A DNA stretch of 64,000 nucleotides, taken from positions 384,001 to 448,000 of the forward strand of contig CAWANJ010000006.1 of the NCBI GenBank assembly GCA_963783385.1, given 5' to 3'. Both the position numbers and the translations under genes were made by a program. The notes under the pieces were generated by a model, which worked only from the letters and a program-made list of their open reading frames with translations, made no database searches and was not told the DNA's origin. Shown here in pieces: positions 18,019 to 28,283 of this stretch (positions are counted from its first letter, which is position 1; each line of letters begins with the position of its first letter). This DNA is from an uncultured Gemmatimonadales bacterium (lineage in GTDB: Bacteria; Gemmatimonadota; Gemmatimonadetes; Palauibacterales; Palauibacteraceae).

Positions 18019-20383
18019 ATGCGCCGATTCGCCGCCCCACTGGCCGCCGTCGGTCTCCTGGCCCTCCTCGCACCGCTCCCGGTCCGGGCGACGCGGCCCG
18101 GTGCGCCGACCGACACGGTGCCCCCGCCCGCGTCCTACCTGGGCTACCCGGTGGGGGCCGACCGCGAGCTGGCCGACTGGGGCGAGGTCACCGGCTACCT
18201 GTCGGAGCTGGCCAGGGCCAGCGACAGGGTGCGTATGGACACGCTGGGCCCGACCACCCTCGGCCGGCCCTACGTGCTGCTCACGATCAGCGCCCCGGAG
18301 AACCTCCGGCGACTGGACCGGCTCCGGAAGGTGCAGGCGATGCTCGCCGACCCCCGCCGCATCACGGGACCGGCCGAACGAGACAGCCTCCTCGCCGAGG
18401 GCCGGGTCGTGGTGCTCATCACCGGCGGCCATTCACTCCACCGAGGTGGGCGCCTCCCAGGTCCCGATGCGGATCGCCTATCGCCTGGCCTCGTCGAACG
18501 ACCCGGAAGTCAGGGCGATCCTGGACCAGTGCATCGTCCTGCTCGTCCCCTCCCTCAACCCGGACGGCGTGGACCTGGTGACCCACTGGTACCGGACCAC
18601 GGTCGGGAAGCCGTGGGAGGGCGCGAACCCGCCCTTCCTCTATCATCACTACGTGGGCCACGACGACAACCGCGACTGGTACGCGTTCACGCAGCAGGAG
18701 ACGCGGCTGGCCGTCGAGAAGATCCACAACGTCTGGCACCCGCAAATCGTCCACGACATTCACCAGCAGGGCAAGTACGGCAGCCGCTTCTTCCTGCCGC
18801 CGTGGATCGACCCTGTGGAGCCCAACGTGGACCCGGCGCTGATCGCCGGGATCAACGACCTGGGGACGTCCATGGCCTGGGCGCTGGAGCGGCAGGGGAA
18901 GAAGGGCGTGGTCGTCAACGCGACCTACGACGCGTGGACGCCGGCGCGCGCCTACCAGCACTACCACGGGGGCGTCCGCATCCTCTCCGAGACGGCGGGC
19001 GCCGACCTCGCCTCCCCCATCGAAGTGTCCTCCGACCAGCTCGAGCCCGGCCGCAACTTCGACGCCCGGGTGAGCTCCTGGAACTTCCCCGATCCGTGGC
19101 CGGGGGGAGCGTGGCACCTGTCGGACATCGTCGACTACATGGAGGCGGGCGCCTTCGCGCTCCTGGACCACGCCGCCGCCCATCGACGGGCCTGGCTGGA
19201 GAGCTTCCTCGGGATCGGGGAACGGGCCGTGGCGAAGTGGGACCGGTGGCCCGCGGCCTGGGTGGTGCCCGCCGGCCAGCCGCGGGAGGATGGCCTCGCG
19301 GAGCTGGTGCGCATCCTGGTCACCGCCGACGTCGAGGTCGGACGCGCCACGTCGAGCTTCACGTCGGCGGGCCGAACCTTTCCGGCCGGGAGCTACGTGA
19401 TCGACATGCACCAGCCCTACGCCTCCTTCGCCGAGGCGATGCTGGAGCGCCAGCGCTATCCCGACCTGCGGCCGTGTGAGAGCTGCCCCCTGCGGCGCCC
19501 CTACGACGTCACCGCCTGGACGCTGCCGCTCCTGCTGGGCGTGGACGCCTACCGCTCGGTGAAGCCGGTGACGGTGGCGACCGAGCCGGTGTCGACGGCG
19601 CCGGAGGTGGCGAAGGAGGCGCCCGGGCTCAGCGGCAGCGCCGCCGTCAACGTGGGCCTCTACCAGCCCTGGGTGCCTTCGATGGACGAGGGGTGGACCC
19701 GCTGGATCTTCGACCAGTACCGGATACCATACGACACGCTCCACAACGCCGACGTGCGCCAGGGCGACCTCTCGCGTCGCTTCACCACGATCCTCCTGCC
19801 GTCCATCTCCCCCGGCGTCCTGGAGCACGGTTTCACCCCGGGGTCCGAGCCCGTGCGCTACGTGGGGGGGCTCGGCGCGGAAGGCGCGGCGGAGCTGCGC
19901 GCCTTCGTGGTCGAGGGCGGCACCCTGGTGGCCCTCGAGCGATCGACGCCATGGGTGATCGACCGGCTGGAGCTCCCGGTGAAGGAGGTCCTCGCCGACC
20001 TCGATCGGACCGAGTTCTACGCTCCGGGCTCGATCGTGCGGCTGGACCTGACCGGCGAGGCGCGGGCGGGTTCCGGCCGCGCCATACCCGGGCGCGAGAC
20101 AATCGCCTGGCTGGGGACGGGCGGAGCCGCGTTCGAGCCGACCGGGGGCGCCGGCTCCCCCCCGGTACGCGTCGAGGCGCGCTACGGGGCGGGTCCCACC
20201 CTCCTGTCGGGCTGGATCCAGGGAGCCGACCACGTGGCCGGGAAGGCCGCCCTGGTCGAGGTGCCCCTCGGCCGGGGCCGAGTCATCCTGTTCGGCTTCC
20301 GGCCCCAGTATCGCGGCGAATCGGTCGCCACCTACCCCCTCCTGTTCGAGGCTCTGCGCAGGAGAGCGCCAGGCGGGGGGTGA
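18019..20383 (+). pseudogene. Secreted M14 zinc carboxypeptidase, frameshifted near 18430 (possibly a sequencing indel)
   Basis: Signal peptide and N-terminus (MRRFAAPL...VVVLITGG) are in one frame; IHSTE, NPDG and DNRD motifs continue in another. One extra base in ggcggccattcac. Confidence 0.85.
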
Positions 20384-20556
20384 CGGCGGCGGAGCGGGCG
20401 CGGCCGTGATGGCCGAACCTCCTGTCCCTGCCACACATGTGGCACTATGCCACCGCCGGCCCCCTTCTGCGTGCGGCCCGCAAGCGGTCCGACGTACGGG
20501 TCTATGCCATTGTGCTCCAGGGTCTTGTACGGCATGCGCCGCTCAGCGCTGACGGC

Positions 20557-20572
20557 CGGTACCGGCCTTGCC
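20557..20572 (+). promoter_or_regulatory. Candidate sigma54 promoter of the pilin gene
   Basis: CGGTACCGGCCTTGCC has GG-N10-GC spacing; palindrome GTGGCA-CTA-TGCCAC at 20439-20453 upstream. Confidence 0.45.
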
Positions 20573-20661
20573 CTGGACGGCCGATCCGGGAGTATGGCGC
20601 CGTGGGCCCGGCTCCTCCGGATGTGTCAGGCTCAGAGGATCGAATCGGCAGGGGAGGAATC

Positions 20662-21069
20662 GTGGAGTCCCTGGACAGAAGGTCGGCCGGATTCACGCTC
20701 ATCGAGATGCTGGTGGTCATCGTGGTCATCGGCATCCTGGCCAGCATCGCGGTGGTCTCGTACGGGTCGACCACGGAGAAGGCCAACGTCGCCGCCATGA
20801 AGTCAGACCTGCGCAACCTGATTGCGGCCGAGCAGAGCTACTACGCGGACCAGACGGGAGCCGGCGGCACCGGACGCTTCACCAGCCGGCTCCGGGACCT
20901 GGAGTTCTCGACCAGTCCTGGCGTCACACTCAGAATCAAGAAGAACAACTACGGCTGGTCCGCGAGGGCGACGCACGCCAGCGTCAAGAGCGTGCAGTGC
21001 GCCGTCTATCAGGGCTCGATCACGCCCTACAAGCCGGCCACGCAGGAGGGAGAGGTCGCCTGCAGCTGA
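20662..21069 (+). CDS. Type IV pilin-like protein
   Basis: G|FTLIEMLVVIVVIGILASIA class III signal, two C-terminal Cys, GGAGG RBS before GTG 20662. Confidence 0.92.
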   Translation: MESLDRRSAGFTLIEMLVVIVVIGILASIAVVSYGSTTEKANVAAMKSDLRNLIAAEQSYYADQTGAGGTGRFTSRLRDLEFSTSPGVTLRIKKNNYGWSARATHASVKSVQCAVYQGSITPYKPATQEGEVACS

Positions 21070-21273
21070 CGCGTCCGCGGGTCCGCCCTCCGGAGCCGGG
21101 TGCGTCGGGGGAGGTGGTGGCGGACCTCGTCCAGGGCTCGCTTGCCGTCGTGGTACGGGTCCGTGAGACACCCCTCGTCCTGCGCCTCCCACCTCCCAGT
21201 CCGGCCACAGCCAGAACTCCTCGTGCGACACGGCGGAGGCGCGGTCGGCGGTGGTCGGCCCTCCGGCGCTGCC

Positions 21274-22731
21274 TCAGACCGACTCCTCGGGGAAGTTCTC
21301 GATCACCTCCTGGACCTTGTTGAGCCAGAAGGCCGCCATGGCGCCGTCCACCACGCGGTGGTCGTAGCTGAGGCCGAAGTAGGCCATGTGGCGGATGGCG
21401 ATCGTGTCGTTGCCCATGTCGTCCTGGACCACGACCGGGCGCTTCTCGATCACGCCCGTACCCAGGATGGCCACCTGCGGCTGGTTGATGATCGGGGTGC
21501 CGAACAGGTTCCCGAACACGCCCACGTTGGTGATCGTGAAGCTGCCGCCCTGGATGTCGTCGAAGTCGAGCTCCTTCTCCCGGGCCTTCTCGGCCAGCTC
21601 GTTGGCGCCCTGCGCCAGCCCCAACAGGCTGAGCCGGTCGGCGTCCTTGAGGACGGGGACGATGAGCTCCTTGCCGTCGTTGATCGACACCGCGATGCCG
21701 AGATTGATGTTGCGGTGATAGACGATCCGGGTGCCATCCACGGAGGCGTTGAGGATCGGGTAGTCGCGAAGGGCTTCCACGACCGCCTTCATGATGAACG
21801 GCCCGTAGGTGAGCTTGACGCCCTGCTCCTCGAACCGGGGCTTGAGCTTCTTGCGGAGCTTGACGACCCGTTCGAAGTCGATCTCGGTCACGGAAGTGAC
21901 GTGCGCCGAGATCCGCTTGGACATGAGCATGTGCTCCATCGTCCGCAGGCGGACCCGGTTCATCTCCTCGACGCGGTCGCCCTCCCGGATCGGGACGTCC
22001 GGAATGCGGATGTCGAGTGAGGCGCCGTGGATGGGTACACGCATGGTGCCCGGCGCCGGGGCCTCGGCGGCCGCGGCCTGCTTCCGGGCCGCCTGGTCGG
22101 GCTGCGCGGCGCGGGCGGCCTGCGCCTCCTCGCCCCGCGTCTCGATGAAGGCGAGGATGTCGTCCCGCGTCACGCGGCCCGCGATGCCCGTCCCGTCTAC
22201 CTGGCCGATGTCGATGCCGTGCTCGGCGGCGATCTTCCGGACCAGGGGCGTGGAACGAGTGCGCAGCCGCTCTTCGCGCGTGGCCACCCCCGCCCCGTTC
22301 TCCCGGGGCGGGGTCTCCTCGGCGTCGGCGGCCCGCGCGGCCGGGCGCTCGCGCGCCCCGCCGTCCTCGGCCCCGGCCTCCGCTGCGGCGGCCGGGGCCC
22401 GGCTCTCCGCGGCGGCCTCCTCCGGCTCGGCCTCCCCGGTGTCCGACTTCTCCCCGGCCCCGCCCTGCTCACCGCCGCCGCCCGCTTCGGCCTCGGTGTC
22501 GATGCGGGCCACCACCGTGTTGACCTCCACGGTCTCGCCCTCCTCGACGAGGATCTCCGCCAGGACGCCCGCGGCCGGCGCCGGGATGTCGGCGTCGACC
22601 TTGTCCGTGGAGATCTCGAACAGGTCCTCGTCCCGCTCCACTTCGTCGCCCACGCTCTTGAGCCAGCGGGTGAGGGTGCCCTCGGCGATGGATTCCCCCA
22701 TCTGGGGCATGATCACGTCGAGTTTCGACAT
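21274..22731 (-). CDS. 2-oxoacid dehydrogenase E2 dihydrolipoamide acyltransferase
   Basis: Lipoyl domain EISTDKV, E3-binding GTGIAGRVTRDD, catalytic YDHRVVDG. Confidence 0.96.
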   Translation of the reverse strand: MSKLDVIMPQMGESIAEGTLTRWLKSVGDEVERDEDLFEISTDKVDADIPAPAAGVLAEILVEEGETVEVNTVVARIDTEAEAGGGGEQGGAGEKSDTGEAEPEEAAAESRAPAAAAEAGAEDGGARERPAARAADAEETPPRENGAGVATREERLRTRSTPLVRKIAAEHGIDIGQVDGTGIAGRVTRDDILAFIETRGEEAQAARAAQPDQAARKQAAAAEAPAPGTMRVPIHGASLDIRIPDVPIREGDRVEEMNRVRLRTMEHMLMSKRISAHVTSVTEIDFERVVKLRKKLKPRFEEQGVKLTYGPFIMKAVVEALRDYPILNASVDGTRIVYHRNINLGIAVSINDGKELIVPVLKDADRLSLLGLAQGANELAEKAREKELDFDDIQGGSFTITNVGVFGNLFGTPIINQPQVAILGTGVIEKRPVVVQDDMGNDTIAIRHMAYFGLSYDHRVVDGAMAAFWLNKVQEVIENFPEESV

Positions 22732-22801
22732 CGCTCCGTCCTTTGGTACGTGAAAGGCTAACCTTCACGTTGCAGTCAGTATGCCAGCCGCCCCGGGCCC
22801 C

Positions 22802-23836
22802 TCAGTATGCCAGTAGCCAGCGAGCCGCCGTGAGCACGTCATCCACCTGGGGCAAATAGTAGTCCTCGAGCGGCGGCGAGTAAGGCACGGGCGTGTCGAT
22901 GGCCGTGACCCGCCGCACCGGCGCGTCCAGCCACTCGAACGCCTCCTCGCACACGACCGCCGTGATCTCGCCCGCCAGGCCGCCGAAGCGCGGCGCCTCG
23001 TGCAGGACCAGCACCCGTCCCGTCTTGCGGGCCGTCTCCGCGACCGCCTCCACGTCCAGGGGCCGCAGGGAGCGCAGGTCCAGGACCTCGGCCGAGACAC
23101 CGTCCTCTTCGGCCAGGCGGTCGGCCGCCTGGCCGGCGGTGTACACCATGGCGCCCCAGGTGATGATGGACAGGTGCTCACCCTCCCGGTGCACGCGCGC
23201 CTTCCCGATCGGCACGAGGATCTCCTCGTCCGTCGGCAGCTCCTCCTTGATCCGCCGGTAGAGGAACTTGTGCTCGAAGTAGAGCACCGGATCGGGATCG
23301 CGGATGGCCGCGCGCAGCAGCCCCTTGGCGTCGTACGCCGTGGCCGGCGCGACCATCTTGAGGCCGGGCACGTTGGCGAAGTAGGACTCCGGACTCTGCG
23401 AGTGGAAGGGGCCGGCCCGCGCGCCGGCGCCCACCGGCCCCCGGATCACGATCTGCGCCCCGAAGCCGGTCCGGTAGCGGACCTTGGCGGCAAAGTTCAC
23501 GATCATGTCGAACGCGGGCGCGACGAAGTCCATGAACTGCATCTCGGCCACGGGCTTGAAGCCCATGTGGCTGGCCCCGATCGAGGCGCCCACGATGGCC
23601 GCCTCGCTGATCGGCGTGTCGATCACCCGATCGGGCCCGAACTCGTCCAGGAAGCCCTCGGTGATCTTGAACGCGCCCCCGTAGGCGCCCACGTCCTCGC
23701 CCAAAATGAAGACGGTCTCGTCGGTCTTCATCTCCTCCCACAGCGCCTCGCGGATGGCCTCCAGGTACGTGGTCTCCCTGGTGGCGCCGGGGTCTGCGGG
23801 CGCCCGCTGCGGGGCCGCCGCCGTAGCTTCCGCCAT
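22802..23836 (-). CDS. 2-oxoacid dehydrogenase E1 beta subunit
   Basis: GEDVG...DTPISE...EMQFMDF...HSQSPE...DLRSLRPLD; start ATG 23836. Confidence 0.95.
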   Translation of the reverse strand: MAEATAAAPQRAPADPGATRETTYLEAIREALWEEMKTDETVFILGEDVGAYGGAFKITEGFLDEFGPDRVIDTPISEAAIVGASIGASHMGFKPVAEMQFMDFVAPAFDMIVNFAAKVRYRTGFGAQIVIRGPVGAGARAGPFHSQSPESYFANVPGLKMVAPATAYDAKGLLRAAIRDPDPVLYFEHKFLYRRIKEELPTDEEILVPIGKARVHREGEHLSIITWGAMVYTAGQAADRLAEEDGVSAEVLDLRSLRPLDVEAVAETARKTGRVLVLHEAPRFGGLAGEITAVVCEEAFEWLDAPVRRVTAIDTPVPYSPPLEDYYLPQVDDVLTAARWLLAY

Positions 23837-23862
23837 GCCGCTCCTCTCCTTCGCGGGAGGGA

Positions 23863-25017
23863 TCAGGCTCCCCCGCCGCGCTGCTTGCCGTCCGACGCTG
23901 CGGCGTCGCCCTCCCGGACCGCCGCGGCGCTCCTGCCGCTGGACTCGCCCGGGGCGCCCGATCCGAAGGGCCGTGCGGGAGCCACGCCGACGGGTGCGTC
24001 CGCGTAGCCCACCACCACCCGGCGCGTCCACGGAACCCCTCCGTCGGCGGGCTCGGCCGCGTAGGCGCGGGTCCGGGCCTCCTCCGGATCGGGGCGGGGC
24101 CCCGCCAGAGCTTCGTCCGCCGCCGCCGCCATCTCCGACTCGATGTCCCGGCGCATCGCCGCGAGGCCCTCCTCGGTGGCCAGGCCGTTCTCGATCACGT
24201 AGCGGCCGAAGCCGTCGATGGGATCGCGCTCGCGCCAGGCCTCGAGCTCCGCCGGGTCCACGTAGGGCTGCGAGTCGTGCTGCGCGTGTCCCAGCATCCG
24301 GTACGTCTCGGCGACGATGAGCGAGGCGCCCTCGCCCCTGCGGGCGCGGTCCACCGCCTCCCGCGCCGCGTCGTATACCTCGAGCACGTCGTTTCCGTCC
24401 ACGTCGCGCACGGGCAGGCCGTAGGCCCCGGCCACGTCGGTCCACGACGCCACGGCCGCCTCCCGGTCGCTGCGGGTGGAGAACGCCCAGCGGTTGTGCT
24501 CCAGCACCACCACCATGGGGAGGCGCTGGACGGCCGCGAAATTGAGCCCTTCGTGGGAGGTGCCCGTCCGGGTGGCGCCTTCGCCCTGGTACGTCATGCA
24601 CACCCGGGTCTCGCCGCGCATCCGGAAGGAGAGGGCCACCCCGTTGAGCACGGCGAGCTGCGTGCCCAGCGGGCTCACGGGCCCGAGGATGCCGAGCTCG
24701 GGGATGGTGAAGTGGTTGGTGTTGTCCTTGCCACCGGTGGGGGCGTCACGACGCGCCGTGTACTGCCGGAACATGTCCACGGGCGCCAGGCCGCGAACCA
24801 GGAGCGCTCCCATGTCCCGAATGGAGGGGGCGATCCAGTCCTCCGGCTCGAGGGCGTAGGCGCTGCCCACGGCCGTGGCCTCCTGGCCCAGGCTGCGGTA
24901 CAGCCCTCCCACGATGTGGCCCTGCTTGAAGAGCCGCTCGAGCCGCTCTTCCAGCGCCCGGGTGAGGCACATGGAGCGGTACATGTCGAGCATCTGTTCA
25001 CGGGTCAGCGACGCCAT
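23863..25017 (-). CDS. 2-oxoacid dehydrogenase E1 alpha subunit (TPP-dependent)
   Basis: GQEA, GEGAT...N TPP motif, TYRMLGHAQHD; start ATG 25017. Confidence 0.93.
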   Translation of the reverse strand: MASLTREQMLDMYRSMCLTRALEERLERLFKQGHIVGGLYRSLGQEATAVGSAYALEPEDWIAPSIRDMGALLVRGLAPVDMFRQYTARRDAPTGGKDNTNHFTIPELGILGPVSPLGTQLAVLNGVALSFRMRGETRVCMTYQGEGATRTGTSHEGLNFAAVQRLPMVVVLEHNRWAFSTRSDREAAVASWTDVAGAYGLPVRDVDGNDVLEVYDAAREAVDRARRGEGASLIVAETYRMLGHAQHDSQPYVDPAELEAWRERDPIDGFGRYVIENGLATEEGLAAMRRDIESEMAAAADEALAGPRPDPEEARTRAYAAEPADGGVPWTRRVVVGYADAPVGVAPARPFGSGAPGESSGRSAAAVREGDAAASDGKQRGGGA

Positions 25018-25099
25018 GGGCGGGAAGCTACGCGCGCCGCGCCGCGATCTCAAACCCCCGACGTGCCGGCGGTCGGGCCCGCCCGACTGGACAGTCGAA

Positions 25100-25121
25100 C
25101 GCTTTACCTCATCGTAAAGCG
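25100..25121. promoter_or_regulatory. Perfect inverted repeat, candidate operator upstream of E1 alpha
   Basis: CGCTTTAC-N6-GTAAAGCG in the intergenic region. Confidence 0.5.
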
Positions 25122-25162
25122 ATAGGGGGCGATGGGCTCACCCCGGGACGCCCGCGGCCCGT

Positions 25163-26164
25163 TCAGCCCGGGGAAGCCGCGCCCGCGAACGGGAGGGAGA
25201 CGACCGCGGCTACCGGTCCGTCCTCGCGGCCCACGGCGAGTCGCGCCCCGTCCTCCACCTCGCGCCGAACGTAGGCGAGGCCGAGCCGGCCCAACCGCGG
25301 TGAGTCGGCCACGGAAGTGATGTAGCCCCGGCTCCGCTCCGCGGCGAACAGCTCCGTGGCCGGCTCGGGCGGGGGCCCCTCGGGCAGCTGCAGGCCCACC
25401 AGGCGGCGGTTCACGTGGCCCCTGAAGTGGATCCTGGCCACCACCTCCTGGCCCGTGTAGCAGCCCTTGTCGTAGTCGATGGCGCGCGCTTCCTGTCCGG
25501 TCTCCTGTGGCAGGACGTCGAGGCCGATCTCGCGGCCGTACACGGGGAGCCCGCGTTCGATGCGCCAGATGTCGTACGCCGCTCCGTCCGAGGCGCCTCC
25601 GCCCGCCCGCCGGGCCGCCTCGACGAGGGCGTCGCGGAGCTCGGCCTCGCGTCCTGCCGGCACGTACAGGTCGGCGCCGGGCCCTTCGACCGGCTCGCGT
25701 CGGACCAGCCTCACGTCTCCGGACGGGAGCTCGACGAGCTCGAGCGGGGCGATCTCGGCCAGGTCGGGGGCGCCGGGCAGGACGCCCACCACCTCCGCCG
25801 AGAGCGGACCGACCACCGACAGGCGGCGGAGCCCCTCGAGCCGCTCGAAGCGGGCGTAGAGGGGGGGCAGGTACCGGCGGAAGTGCTCGAGCGCCGCCTC
25901 GCCGCACGCAGACGGCATGTCCAGCCATACCTCCCCGGCCTCCGGGACCAGAGCGCGCATCTCGGCCAGCGGACGGCCCTTCGGCGTCAGCATGAACGCG
26001 TACAGCGCGTGGCCCGGCCCGAGGCCGGCGACGTGGTTGGTGACCAGCCCGCCGATCATGTCGCGGGCCCGGTCGCCCCAGACCCGGACGAGCGTACGAT
26101 CGGCGCCGTCGAGGATCCCGGCGGCGTCGCGCAGCGCGTCGTAGGCGGCGGTCGATGCTTCCAT
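25163..26164 (-). CDS. ygfZ: Folate-binding YgfZ/GcvT family protein
   Basis: KGCYTGQE signature; LTPKGR; start ATG 26164. Confidence 0.9.
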   Translation of the reverse strand: MEASTAAYDALRDAAGILDGADRTLVRVWGDRARDMIGGLVTNHVAGLGPGHALYAFMLTPKGRPLAEMRALVPEAGEVWLDMPSACGEAALEHFRRYLPPLYARFERLEGLRRLSVVGPLSAEVVGVLPGAPDLAEIAPLELVELPSGDVRLVRREPVEGPGADLYVPAGREAELRDALVEAARRAGGGASDGAAYDIWRIERGLPVYGREIGLDVLPQETGQEARAIDYDKGCYTGQEVVARIHFRGHVNRRLVGLQLPEGPPPEPATELFAAERSRGYITSVADSPRLGRLGLAYVRREVEDGARLAVGREDGPVAAVVSLPFAGAASPG

Positions 26165-26226
26165 GCTCCCTCCTTCCGGGGTCGGCCCGCCCTCGCTGGA
26201 GGGGCGGGACACCGCCGACCGGCAGG

Positions 26227-26264
26227 CAACAAACACGAAGCCCCCGGACGGACCGGGGGCTTCG
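26227..26264 (-). terminator. Rho-independent terminator of the OmpA-family gene
   Basis: 12-bp stem CGAAGCCCCCGG/CCGGGGGCTTCG followed on the minus strand by TGTTTGTTG. Confidence 0.75.
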
Positions 26265-26320
26265 CTTCCTTCTCGCGGTCCGGGCGGGGATCGCGGCCCG
26301 CCCGGGTCAGGGACGATCGA

Positions 26321-26950
26321 TCAGCCGCCCACCTGGCCCGCGTACTCGATCACGAAGGTGACGCGGCGATTGGCGATTCCGGCCTGGCCGGGACCGCGCT
26401 CGTCGTTCACGAGCCGGTTTTCGCCGTAGCCGACCGTCTTCACGTTCGCGGCGGGCAGATTCCCGGTGCTCGTCAGGTAGTCTGCGACCGCCTTGGCACG
26501 CCGCTGCGACAGGCGCCGGTTGTAGGCGGCGGTGCCGGCCGGATCCGCGAAGCCCTCCACGGTGATCGTCGCGCCCTGGTAGTACTTCTGGGCGATGGAC
26601 GCGAAACGGTCGAGGAGCGGCCTGTCGACGCTGCGGACGTCCGACTTGTCGAAGTCGAAGTGGACCGGCATCGCGAACTTCACGCCGTTCTGGAGCTCGG
26701 TGATTTTCGCCTGGAAGTCCTGGCGAAGCTGCTGCAGGTCACTCTGCAGCCCGTTCACCTTGCTCTGGAGCGCCTGGATGTCCGAGGCGTTCTGATCGAC
26801 CTTCTGCCCCTGCTGCTGCATCTGGGAGCGCAGGTCGGACACCTCGTCGTTGAACTGGTCCTTCTTCACGTAGCTACCGCACCCGACCAGCCCGGCCGTG
26901 AGCAGCAGCGCGGCCATCGAGGCGATGGGCCGGCTGTAGATCTTCTTCAT
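26321..26950 (-). CDS. OmpA-domain lipoprotein with N-terminal coiled coil
   Basis: Lipobox LVGC, heptad coiled coil, FDFDKS...EGFAD...YNRRLSQRRA...NRRV; AGGAGG RBS before ATG 26950. Confidence 0.93.
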   Translation of the reverse strand: MKKIYSRPIASMAALLLTAGLVGCGSYVKKDQFNDEVSDLRSQMQQQGQKVDQNASDIQALQSKVNGLQSDLQQLRQDFQAKITELQNGVKFAMPVHFDFDKSDVRSVDRPLLDRFASIAQKYYQGATITVEGFADPAGTAAYNRRLSQRRAKAVADYLTSTGNLPAANVKTVGYGENRLVNDERGPGQAGIANRRVTFVIEYAGQVGG

Positions 26951-27076
26951 CGATCCTCCTTTGCGCGCGGTTCCCATTCGAACGATACACGCCGCGACCG
27001 CCCGTACGGAACACCGCCGCGGTTTGTGCGGCCGGGGGTCCAAGCGCAGGATCCAACTCCTCTTGCCCGTCCGGCT

Positions 27077-27092
27077 TGCAAAGACAGGGCCA
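27077..27092 (-). promoter_or_regulatory. Candidate sigma54 promoter of the OmpA lipoprotein gene
   Basis: Minus strand TGGCCCTGTCTTTGCA matches TGGC-N8-TGCA. Confidence 0.6.
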
Positions 27093-27268
27093 TGGATCCC
27101 GACTCGGCCGCGTCCCTCCACGTCGGCCCACCGGTCGATCGATTGGACCCGCCGCGTGCCTCTCGGGTCCCTCGCGCTCCGAGTCGGCGGCCAACCTTGA
27201 CGACGACCAAGCTGTGAAAAGGTAACACGGGCGGGAGAAAGGCGCGACGGGGAGCCGCGGGACCCGCC

Positions 27269-28283
27269 CTAGGCCCGGCCCGCGACCACCCGCCGATGCC
27301 AGGCGAGGGCCCGCCGCCATCCCCTCCAGGGCCGGGAGCGCAGGACGCCAGCCGAGCTCGTCGCGTATTCGTGCACACTGAAAGGGATTGGGGCGTCCCG
27401 CGAACCAGACCTGCCGCGGACTGAGGAGCGGGGCCGGGGTGTCGGGCCCGCCCGGTGCCACCCGCTCCAGCCCGGCCACGCACGCCTCCAGGGCGCGGCG
27501 GGGTAGCGGCACGAGCACGGCGCCCTCCGGCGCCGCCTCCGAGAGGAGCTGGCGCTGCGTGAGCTCTCCGTCCTCGGAGATGTTGTAGACCCGTCCGCGC
27601 GCCTCGGGACGGGTCAGCGCCAGCCAGCAGGCTTCGGCGACGTTCCCCGCGTACACGATGGGAAGCGAGTTGTCGCCGCGACCGACGGTGGGCAGGAGTC
27701 GATGGTCCGCCAGGGCCGCGATGCGCGGCGTGAAGTTCCGGTCACGCTCTCCCATGACCACGGCCGGCCTGAGGATCGTCCATCCTGTCTCGGACGTGCG
27801 CCGCACGACGCTCTCGGCCATGCGCTTGGAGCGCTCGTAGTGCGCGCGCGGCTCGAGCGGCAGGTCCACGGCCGCCTCCTCATCCAGGGGGAGGGCGGGA
27901 TGCGCTCCGGGAGGGCCGTACACGGCCACCGAGGAGACGTGCAGGAAGCGCGGGCAGCCGGACCGCAGGCACTCCTCGAGGACCAGGCTCGTGCCCTCGA
28001 CGTTCACCCGCCGGTAGGCTTCCCAGCCGGCCGGGGCCGCCACCAGCGCGGCGGCGTGCAGGATGGCGTCGCAATCCCGACCCGCCCCGCGGAGCGTCTC
28101 CGGCCGCAGGAGGTCGCCCAGAACGAACTCGCAGTCCAGCTCCTCGAGGAAGCGCAGGTCCGCGTCGGGGCGCACGAACGCCCGTACGTTCCAGCCCCGC
28201 TCCCGGAAGAGGGCCGCGGCGTGGCTGCCGACGAGGCCCGTGGCCCCGGTGACGAACAGGGTGGGCTCGGCGCCCCCGCTCAC
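27269..28283 (-). pseudogene. NAD-dependent epimerase/dehydratase with a frameshift about 17 codons before the stop
   Basis: TGATGLVG, SSVAVYG, YERSK. Removing one G from the G4 run (plus 27321-27324) restores ...LEGWRRALAWHRRVVAGRA*. Confidence 0.82.
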
